Made by a program: the position numbers and the translations under genes
Assembly (NCBI GenBank): GCA_964016885.1
Contig: OZ024746.1
Span: 61,070,001 to 61,134,000, forward strand
Length of the DNA stretch: 64,000 nucleotides
Origin: Eledone cirrhosa
Taxonomy: Eukaryota
Direction of reading: 5' to 3'
Notes under the pieces: model-generated
What the model was told of the DNA's origin: nothing
The model's input: the letters and a program-made list of their open reading frames with translations, nothing else
Database searches by the model: none
Shown here: piece by piece, positions 53,501 to 64,000 of the stretch
How the letters are laid out: every line of letters begins with the position of its first letter
Position numbering within the stretch: the stretch's first letter is position 1

Positions 53501-54220
53501 AGAGTATACGAAGGAGCCATGGAGAAGTATAAGACCCTCATAGAACTGGACATGAAAGGAATTTGCCCATTATACAAGAGCAAATCATGGAATAGCTTAG
53601 ATAGGGCTAGACATAAGATAGGGAAAGCCACCTCATGGTACGACAACCAGAGATACCAGAGTGTCATGTTTGTGGACGCTACCCCTGGAGGGAAATTAGC
53701 TAACCAGTGTAGAAAGGCCCTGAGAAAGACCCACTTAAAAATTAAGGTGGTAGAAAAGCCAGGAACCACCATAAAATCCCTGATCAGCAAAACCTACCCT
53801 TTTAAGAAAACCCGCTGTACCAATAGGAAATGTATCATATGTAAGGTAAACCCCCGGATAAACTGTAAAACTAGAAACGTAGTCTATAGCATAAGATGTA
53901 CAGAGGGTACCTGCAGAAACATGACAACAACATACATAGGTGAGACAGCTCGTAGCATAGGTGAAAGGATAGACCAACACTGGGGGGAACTAAAAGGACG
54001 AAAAAACGGGTCAGTACTATACGAACATGCCAGACAACAACATGACGGTAACAGAGACAACATAGAAATTAGAATAATATCTAAACATAGAAATGACCCA
54101 GCAGATAGGCAAATCAGAGAGGCCAGTGAAATAGAAATTAGAAGACCAAGACTAAACAGAAAGAATGAATGGAATAACAACACCACCCAAACAAACAACA
54201 CTGACCCAAGAGAAGTATAA
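50572..54220 (+). CDS. PLE RT-GIY-YIG polyprotein, split by one frameshift near 52175-52195
   Basis: TDKSGK, LYGLRKDHK, PTRPI, GSMDVVSLYPSI, QNEGAAIG, YSRYVDD, VLDTELW, then CxxxxCxxC and VVY..C...YIGETAR. Asn-rich tract ~51313-51810. Confidence 0.92.
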
Positions 54221-54476
54221 ATAAGTAAATAAAATAAAATAAAATAAATAAATAAATAAATACATACACAAGCACAATAACAACAAACACATAAACACAC
54301 ATTAGTCACCCAATCACGAACACACATCACACATCAAACAAAACACTATACACACACGCAAACGCATGCGCAAAGAAGACAAAATAAAAAACAAACAAGC
54401 AAATAAATAAATAAATATATAGACAGACTGAATAAAAATGGCGTAGCCATACAATTCAACAGGAGGACACAATAGA

Positions 54477-54518
54477 ATCACTGACGATGTTGCAGATGTG
54501 CAACGAAAGATTTATGAT
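54477..54518 (+). ncRNA. Minimal type I HHR in 3' pLTR (second copy 50338-50380)
   Basis: ATCA-CTGACGA-T-GTTGCA-GATG-TGCAAC-GAA-AGATTT-A-TGAT. Confidence 0.8.
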
Positions 54519-56021
54519 AAACTATATATATGTGTTTGTGTCTATATTGTATCTGTATTATTTTTGACCGTCGGTCAGTCAATGGCAACATTGAGGACCG
54601 AGTATATTATATTATATTAGATTACCGATATAAAAGACACAGAAGCGAAAAGCGAAAACCAACCAAACAGTGAGTGTGTTCTGTTATTAATTCTGGCAAT
54701 ATTACACAAATATGACCCTCCCCAAGTATAACAATATTTGTTTCGACACACGATTTCATATTAAAAACCTCGCAAAACTATATATATATACATACATATA
54801 TATATATTTCGGCACTATCGGCACAATTTCGGCACTATCCTAACGATGATAAATACCATTGATACTACCAGACAATGTCCGAGCTCCTATGTCTTATACC
54901 GCAGCACACTCCATCTTTCCGGCATCTACACCCATCTATACAAATACCACAACTCGGTGGGTGCAACTGTAACCACTGAAACCCCATAACAACTATTTCG
55001 TTGAAGGTTTGATTTTTACTCTGTGGAAGCGTTTCTCTCACACGTATCCCAGTGCATTACTGGTACTTTATTTCATCGACCAAAAGTAGAAACAATTATA
55101 TTTAGGAAAGGATTAACAGCATAGGTAAGAGCTTCGGACGCCATGCTTTGCAGCATAGAGTTACGGCCCTTTATGGTCTGAGTTCAAATGCCGCCGAGGT
55201 TAACTTTGCATTTCATCCTTGCGAGGTCGATGAAATAACGTACCAGTAATGCACTGAGATAATTCCTCGGCGGGATTTGAACTCAGACCATAAAGGGACG
55301 TAATTCTTTACTGCAAAGCATGGCATCCGAACCTCTACCGATACTACCAATCTACCCACGATACTTCACCTCTCTTAGAAGCAATGCTATACTGCCATCC
55401 CTAAGCCTCGTATGATTCCCTAACTTCTTCATATTTTAAGCTCTTCCTTTGTACCAGAAAAAAAAAACAAAAAAAAAACAGGTTATGTTGTGAAACGCAG
55501 ACGTTCCCTTGACGACAATACGGTAAAAATATGGTTGGAAGAAGAGAATTCATTACCCCAAATACACTTTCCGCTCTGTACCTACTATAATTGGAGCGAA
55601 CAGATACGCATAATCCCGTATGGATCAAAGTATGGCTGGACTTGGGTTGAAAAAAAAAGCAGAGTTCTCATATACATAGACTACAGATGCTCTGTATTGT
55701 ATTTTTTAAAGTGAACTCACCCCAGGCTTGCTCCATAAGCCACATCAAAGCAAAGGGCTAGAGTAAAAGGCGGTTAGTATCAATGACAAAAATACTCTCT
55801 CTATATATATACATCCACATTTAAGAGAGTATATAAAAGATAAAGTATTTGGTAAAAATATTTAATTGAAATATGATGAAATGGTAATAAACGAAACGGA
55901 TATGACAATAAAAAGAGTAAGACTTTCATGGAATCTAAAGTTGCGTAAAGGAAATGGAAAACATTAAGAGAACCTCTACCTTTCAAATTACATCTTTAGT
56001 TTTAATATCTAACTTTACAAT

Positions 56022-56546
56022 TACCTACCTACCTACCTACCTACCTACCTATCTATTGACCTACCTACCCACCTAGTTACCTACCTACCTACCTACCTAC
56101 CTACCTACCTACCTACCTACCTACCTACCTATCTATTGACCTACCTACCCACCTAGTTACCTACCTACCTACCTACCTACCTACCTACCTACCTACCTAC
56201 CTACCTACCTACCTACCTACCCACCTACCTACCTACCTACCTGCCTACCTACCTACCTACCTACCTGCCTACCTACCTACTGACCTACCAACCTACCTAC
56301 TGACCTACCTACCTACCTACCTACCTACCTACCTACCTACCTACCCACCTACCCACCTACCCACCTGCCTACCTACATACCTACCTGCCTACCTACCTAC
56401 TGACCTACTTACCTACCTACCTACCTACCTACCTACCTACCTACCTACCTACCTACCTACCTACCTACCTACCTGCCTACCTACATACCTACCTGCCTAC
56501 CTACATACCTACCTACCTACCTGCCTACCTACCTACTTACCTACCT
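56022..56546. repeat. (CCTA)n tetranucleotide microsatellite
   Basis: Direct inspection. Confidence 0.97.
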
Positions 56547-56551
56547 GTAGG

Positions 56552-56650
56552 TCCCTGAACAGCTGAGCGAAATGCCGCTGAAAAGCCGCACACATTTGCT
56601 CGGGTTCGAGTAACGTACGCCCGTCGTGGTCCTCCAAAGACCGGCTCAAG
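56552..56650 (-). mobile_element. Short L1/Tx1-like ORF2 fragment
   Basis: Minus translation RSLEDHDGRTLLEPEQMCAAFQRHFAQLF resembles the endonuclease-RT linker of Tx1 LINEs. Confidence 0.5.
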
Positions 56651-56835
56651 GCTACATCCATACATCCATCCATACATCCATCCATACATCAATCCATACA
56701 TCAATCCATTTATCCATCCATAGTCATTTATAAATGTTTCTCTATTATATCGTAACATCATTACTTGAGCATCTTCGAATATATATTTGTTGTTATAGTA
56801 TCTAATTTAATCTAAATTAGATACTACAGTGTTCT

Positions 56836-56940
<105 letters not shown>

Positions 56941-57516
56941 GGAAAAGAGTCAGGACCCCGACGGCTGAGCTCCGGCCGTTTCGACAGCGGATCTAGCATT
57001 CGAAACGGCCGGAGCTCAGCCGCCGGGGTCCTGACTATTTTCCTATTACCCACTCTACTACACTAAGTATCGAGTACTCTGGTGCGTTATGGTCCACCTG
57101 GTTTCTTACCACCACACTTTCTTTGTTATATATACATATAAGTGAAACTTGAAAAAGTTAATTAGGGATAATAATAATAATAACAATGATAAATGAAAAG
57201 ACCGTTACTTTTGACCATCCCTATTTATTTTATTATACGTATTTCGAAGATTCAAGGTTTATGTATAACATAAGCCAAAACATGTTCTCTTCAGATAAAA
57301 TCCACTGGAGATGTAGATATCATTTGATATGCAGGCAGTCAGACGAGCTGTTCGGGACCGCAGCCGGCAAGCATATGAGATAGAAGAAACAACCTCAACA
57401 CAGAAGATATTATATGAGTGGGAGAAATATTACAGTTGGTATTGACGTTTTTGAACTATGATGACATATATATGTGTGTATATATATATATATATGTATA
57501 TGTATATATATATGTA

Positions 57517-57604
<88 letters not shown>

Positions 57605-57713
57605 GTATTTATATATATATATATACACATATATATATATGTGTATATATATATATATATGTATATGTATATATATATGTATATATGTGTATATATATGT
57701 ATATATGTGTATA

Positions 57714-57768
<55 letters not shown>

Positions 57769-57780
57769 ATATATATATAA

Positions 57781-57939
<159 letters not shown>

Positions 57940-58270
57940 TACATATATATATACATATACATATATATATATATATACACACATATATATATGTCATCAT
58001 AGTTCAAACACGTCAATACCAACTGTAATATTTCTCCCACTCATATAATATCTTCTGTGTTGAGGTTGTTTCTTCTATCTCATATGCTTGCCGGCTGCGG
58101 TCCCGAACAGCTCGTCTGACCGCCTGCATATCAAATGATATCTACATCTCCAGTAGATTTTATCTGAAGAGAACATGTTTTGGCTTATGTTATACATAAA
58201 CCTTGAATCTTCGAAATACGTATAATAAAATAAATAGGGATGGTCAAAGTAACGGTCATTTCATTTATCA

Positions 58271-58360
<90 letters not shown>

Positions 58361-58361
<1 letters not shown>

Positions 58362-60818
58362 ATTTGCATTTATCTTGCTTTATGTTCATACGAGTTATCA
58401 CCAAGTCACAACCAATGACCTCAAGAGACAACAAGGTCCGCCATGTTCAAGAAAGAACATACATACTCACACATGCATCTTTAGTGTTTAGACTTGTGAT
58501 GTACTTATATTGACAGAATCTTCCTTAGTATATGGGCAGTTCCCATTAGTACTATCTTTTGTATTTCTCCTATACGCGGGTTTCCTGGGATTTGCGATAA
58601 GTAATCATTAGACCCCTTAGGTATCATTCCCAGAGCGCCTACAACCACTGGTATTGTTTTACTTCTCAATTTCCATATTTTTCCAATTTCTGTCTCCAGG
58701 TCCTTATACTTGCTCAATTTTTCAAATGTTTTTATAGATACATTCTTGTCTATTGGAAAAGACATATCAATTAGCAGGCATACCCTCTTTTTAAAGTCCT
58801 TGAATATTATATCAGGTCTATTTGCATCTATTTTTCGGTCTGTTTGGATGCTAAAGTTCCACAAGATTGAGATGTGATCTTTTTCAAGTATGGGAGGTGG
58901 TTGATGCTCCCACCAATTCTTTTGATGGGGCAGGTCAAAATGCTTGCACATTATCCAATGTATGTATTGTGCAGCTCTGTCATGCCTGTTTAGGTATTCG
59001 GTTGGAGCTATAGGACTGCACATTGAAATTATATGGTCAATGGTCTCTGGTTGATTTTTGCATACACGGCATAATGGGCTGCATCCATTTTTTATTATGT
59101 TGGCTTGGTAATTTTTTGTTGGCAGACACTGATCTTGTGCTGATATAATCAGTCCTTCAGTCTCCGATTTCAGTCCAGAGGATGCCAACCACTGATGGGT
59201 TAAAGTTTTGTCAACATCAGGATTGTTAGCTCGCTCTGGGTATTTTCCATACAGAGGCTTTTCTTGCCATTTCTTAGCCAGTTTCTGTAGCAGTTCTTTC
59301 TTTGCAGTTACTTTTACCTGTTTTGCTTTTTCTGTGTTTTCCATTTCAGCAGTAAATGGGACTTCTGAAATTTGTAGTCCATTACTGTATCTTTGTGCAT
59401 CTTTTGTAATGTAATATGATCTTTTGATGCTTTCGTGTTTCAAAACGAGTTTGATCATCCAATCATGTGATTCCCTTAGATATGTAGATAATCCAATTGT
59501 TGCAGTTTTCAACGCAATGTCTAACTGGATTAACCCACGTCCTCCTTCTTTCCTAGGGAGATATATTCTATCTATATCTGCCTTAGGGTGATGCATTCTG
59601 TGCATGGTTAAGAATTTTCGAATTTTTGTATCGAGCCTACGGATCTGTGCTTGACCAGTTGATGACATTGTAACTGTAGGTTACTACTGGTATGGCAAGC
59701 GTGTTTATGGCATCGATCCTATTCCTTGCATTCAATTCCGTTCTTAAGATTGCTCTTACTCTGCGGTAACATTCCTTCCTTATCCTTTCCCTCATTGTCG
59801 AGTGCTTGATTCCGTCTCCTTCACAAACACCTAGATATTTGTAAGTTTTTTCTTGATCAAGTTCTCTTATCACGTTCCCCCGATCAAGATTAATGTCTGA
59901 ACTCTTCAGCAGCTTTCCTCTGGTGAACGTTGCTTTGGCGCATTTATCTAGTCCAAACTCCATTTTAATGTCATCACTGAACTGCTCCACAGTGGATAAT
60001 AGCCCTTGCAATTGTTCATCATTTTTTGCAAATAGTTTCAGGTCATCCATGTAGAACAAGTGATTAATGGTTTTGTCATAGACTTTATATCCATGTTTTG
60101 TTTTATTGAGCATTTTACTTAATGGTATAAGTGCGATGCAGAATAAAAGCGGTGATAAAGAGTCACCCTGAAAAATTCCACAATTAATATTAACTTCTCC
60201 AGCTTCCAGTGATTTTGTTTCACTATTCAAAAGGAGTGTCGTTTTCCATGTCTTCATACTGAATGACAAAAACCTCCTGACAACGGGGGATATTTTGAAA
60301 ATCTCTAAACATTTTTCAATCCAACTGTGTGGCAAACTATCGAATGCTTTTTTATAATCTATCCAAGCAATCGATAGATTTTTGTGTCTATTATGACAAT
60401 CTTCCAGTATCATTTTGTTAACCAGAAGCTGATCCTTACAGCCATATGAGCCTCGTTTACACCCTTTCTGCTCAATGGGAAATAGGTCATTTGTTATCAG
60501 GTGGTCATATGTGTATTCAGTTAGGACTGATGTTAAAATCTTATACATTGTGGTCAAGCAAGTTATCGGTCTGTAATTTTGGGGATTGTTTGTCTCATCA
60601 TTCTTCGGAAGCAGGAATGTAATGCCGTTAACTAGCCATGATGGCATCTTTTCTGGCTCCTTAACTATTTCATTGTAAAGTTGGGCTAACAGCTCATGAG
60701 ACTCTGTGAGGGCATTTATCCAAAAGTTTTGTATTTTGTCTTTTCCTGGGGATTTCCATTTGCTGGTTTTTCTTAGAGCCAGGCGCAACTGTTCAACTGT
60801 TATATTTTCCCATATTTG
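58361..60818 (-). mobile_element. 5'-truncated R4/Dong-clade non-LTR retrotransposon (RT, CCHC, restriction-like endonuclease) in (TAA)n
   Basis: KSPGKDKI, NYRPITCL, WIDYKKAFDS, GIFQGDSLSPLLF, HLFYMDDLKLF, CRVC...H....C, NRHD, NRPDI, IDMS.P, KLSKY. One frameshift ~59640-59668. (TAA)n on both sides. Confidence 0.93.
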
Positions 60819-60842
60819 TTATTATTTGTTATTATTATTATT

Positions 60843-61658
60843 ATTTGCATTTATCTTGCTTTATGTTTATACGAGTTATCACCAAGTCACAACCAGTGAC
60901 CTCAAGAGACAACAAGGTCCGCCATGTTCAAGAAAGAACACACATATTCACACATGCATCCTTAGTGTTTAGACTTGTGATGTACTTATATTGACAGGAT
61001 CTTCCTTAGTATATAGGCAGTTCCCATTAGTACTATCTTTTGTATTTCTCCTATACGCGGGTTTCCTGGGATTTGCGATAAGTAGTCGTTAGACCCCTTA
61101 GGTATCATTCCCAGAGCGCCTACAACCACTGGTATTGTTTTAGTTCTCAATTTCCACATTTTTCCAATTTCTATCTCCAGGTCCTTATACTTGCTCAATT
61201 TTTCAAATGTTTTTATAGATACATTCTTGTCTATTGGAACAGACATATCAATTAGCAGGCATACCCTCCTTTGAAAGTCCTTCAATATTATATCAGGTCT
61301 ATTTGCATCTATTTTTCGGTCTGTTTGGATGCTAAAGTTCCACAAGATTGAGATGTGATCTTTTTCAAGTATGGGAGGTGGTTGATGCTCCCACCAATTC
61401 TTTTGATGGGGCAGGTCAAAATGCTTGCACATTATCCAATGTATGTATTGTGCAGCTCTGTCATGCCTGTTTAGGTATTCGGTTGGAGCTATAGGACTGC
61501 ACATTGAAATTATATGGTCAATGGTCTCTGGTTGTTTTTTGCATACACGGCATAATGGGCTGCACCCATTTTTTATTATGTTGGCTTGGTAATTTTTTGT
61601 TGGCAGACATATAATCAGTCCTTCAGTCTCCGATTTCAGTCCAGAGGATGCCAACCAC
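60843..61658 (-). mobile_element. Second, shorter R4/Dong copy in tandem
   Basis: Near-identical endonuclease domain and 3' UTR to 58361-59192, with a 12-bp deletion (SAQDQ region). Flanked by (TAA)n. Confidence 0.92.
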
Positions 61659-61732
<74 letters not shown>

Positions 61733-62300
61733 TATTATCCCTAATTAACTTTTTCAAGTTTCACTTGAAGAGGAAAATGAGGGTGGAGAGGCAAGTGCTG
61801 CCTTCTAGAAAGTTTGTTGAAAGGTGGGTGAATGTAGCGAGAATGGTCGGAATGAACGGGACCACTCTGAATATACGTCTGTAGTTTGAGAAATGGAAAA
61901 ATTGAGAGAGGGCGCTTGTCCTGGTGGTCAGGGTGGCCGTGGTCTTTTGTGTGGTTTTCGCCACGAGTAACCCTCGGAGGTTTCCCCCCTATTGGGGAAT
62001 TTTTCTTTGTTTCAATTTTCATTTTTATTGTTTATATATATATGTTTCTATGTCTTTTTTTCTTTTCTTATATAAATAATAAAAATATTTACACGCACAA
62101 AACCCACATCGTACCGTCCTGTACCGTCCTGTGCCATCTGTAATGTTTTTCTTGATGTCAGCCCTTGTGGCCAATAAAGAAGTCATTATTATTATTAATA
62201 TTATTATTATAAAACTCAAGTTAAACATATACCGTTGAGTGCTTGACATCTGTTAGATAAAAGTTAGTTGATTCTAAATCAACTAACTTATTTTCATTGA

Positions 62301-62431
<131 letters not shown>

Positions 62432-62533
62432 ATATATATATATATACACACATAATATATATACATAAATATATATATGTACATATATATATATATAAAC
62501 ATATATACATATATAATATATATATATATACAC

Positions 62534-62567
<34 letters not shown>

Positions 62568-63004
62568 GTGTATATATATATACATGTGCACGCGTGTGTG
62601 TATTTATGTATGTTTTTGTACTTAAGAGTAAATTAATGCACGTACGTAAACACACACACACACACACACCCACATACACACGCACACACACACGCACCCC
62701 CCCCCCCCCCACACACAATCAGTATACATATACATACATAAAAGTACCAACACAGAACATGCAAACAGACTTATATGTGGTTCATCAAAGAAACGCCAGG
62801 AGGTGGTTTATCTTGGAGAATTTGGTAATTAGGTAAGCTAAGTGCTGTTTGTTACCTTAGAGTTCAAACAATCTCCCCCACCCTCAGCCACTATCACCTG
62901 CTCATAAAGGTATACACGCATAATTACATACATATGTACATACTTACACACATGGTCGCAATTAGTATACATACGCAAACACTCACTCACGCATCACACA
63001 CACA

Positions 63005-63037
<33 letters not shown>

Positions 63038-63038
<1 letters not shown>

Positions 63039-63137
63039 TATACTCTTTCTCTGTCACACTCACCAATTCTCTATATCTCCCCCTCTCTCTCTCACTCTTT
63101 CTCTCTCTCTCTCTATATATATATATATACACACACA

Positions 63138-63201
<64 letters not shown>

Positions 63202-63274
63202 AACACACACAAACATACTCTTTCTCTCTCACACTCACCAATTCTCTATATCTCCCCCTCTCTCTCTCACTCTT

Positions 63275-63306
<32 letters not shown>

Positions 63307-63312
63307 CACACA

Positions 63313-63355
<43 letters not shown>

Positions 63356-63485
63356 ACTCTCTCACACACACACACAAACACACACACAAACATACTCTTT
63401 CTCTCTCACACTCACCAATTCTCTATATCTCCCCCTCTCTCTCTCACTCTTTCTCTCTCTCTCTATATATATATATACACACACA

Positions 63486-63520
<35 letters not shown>

Positions 63521-63620
63521 TCACACACACACACACTCTCTCTCTCTCTCTCTCACACACACTCACACACACACACATACACACACGGACATACTCTTTC
63601 TCTCTCTCACACTCACAAAT
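63038..63620. repeat. Higher-order tandem repeat of compound microsatellites (~180-bp, ~3.3 copies)
   Basis: ATACTCTTTCTCT.TCACACTCACCAATTCTCTATATCTCCCCC recurs at ~63040, 63215 and 63393, partial at 63591. Confidence 0.85.
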
Positions 63621-63679
63621 CTAATCAAACTATCTCTTTACCCCCCCCCCCCCTCTCTATATATATATATATAGAGAGA

Positions 63680-64000
63680 GAGGTAGAAAACTGGAAGGTA
63701 ATATCCGTAGTGGTAGAGCACTCAGTCCATGGGACGAGTTAGGTAGAAGTGGTTACACAACAGTTAGTTCACCATATTAAGAACAATTGTTTCACCTTAG
63801 CGGATCCTCAGCTCGTAATGGACATCCGAGCTGTCCAGGGAACTTCAACCGTTAAGGTTGTCTTTTTTCCGGGTATGTCAATATTTATTTATAAAACAAA
63901 TCTGTATTTTATCTGATGAAAGCGCACCATAATTTGCCTTGGTTGCCCTTGAAATATATATATAATAAAATAATTATGGTTTTATAAATATAGTTTCCAT
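63680..64000. mobile_element. Two abutting divergent PLE-type remnants, each with an HHR motif (63781-63815 minus, 63907-63970 plus)
   Basis: Minus CGAG-CTGAGGA-TCCGCTAAGGT-GAAACAATTGTT matches the 28942 family. Plus TTTTAT-CTGATGA...CCCTT-GAAATATATATATA-ATAAAA matches the 34768 family. Confidence 0.75.

Larger units (their letters stand above)
49799..54778 (+). mobile_element. Near full-length Penelope-like retroelement with tandem pseudo-LTRs
   Basis: 49799-50638 is directly repeated at 53944-54778 (end of endonuclease, 3' UTR, HHR, ORF start). RT and GIY-YIG lie between, and the 3' end joins (TA)n. Confidence 0.96.

Noticed and set aside
55401-55714. Short ORFs on both strands as upstream host exons
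   Set aside because: No recognisable domain and no consistent splice-site pair.

Overview
Eukaryotic, AT-rich, microsatellite-dense genomic DNA. The SINE and LINE repertoire suggests a cephalopod (Octopus-like), but this is inference. No rRNA, true tRNA, CRISPR array or prokaryotic gene is supported, and most ORF-track entries are microsatellite translations. Main contents: (1) a minus-strand spliced host gene rebuilt from five phase-compatible exons (48840 to 27795) encoding VWC, a ~150-aa linker domain, FN3, a transmembrane helix and a YYENKGF tail; (2) a near full-length Penelope-like element (PLE) at 49799-54778 with pLTR direct repeats, RT, GIY-YIG, a long Asn-rich insert and a hammerhead ribozyme (HHR) in each pLTR, plus a truncated copy at 231-1638; (3) about 20 minimal type I HHR motif instances from roughly ten repeat families, many in fold-back palindromes in (TA)n, including a 2.9-kb palindrome and a non-coding ~993-nt retrozyme-like unit; (4) two tandem R4/Dong LINEs nested in the (TAA)n of a PLE palindrome; (5) RTE, CRE-like and L1/Tx1 fragments, tRNA-derived SINEs, two non-autonomous Helitrons and MITEs; (6) 69-, 59- and 87-bp tandem arrays (two SINE-derived) and a 4-kb (CCA)n/(ACA)n array that reads as a Pro/Thr mucin-like ORF. 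All calls were made by eye, with no database searches or folding calculations.
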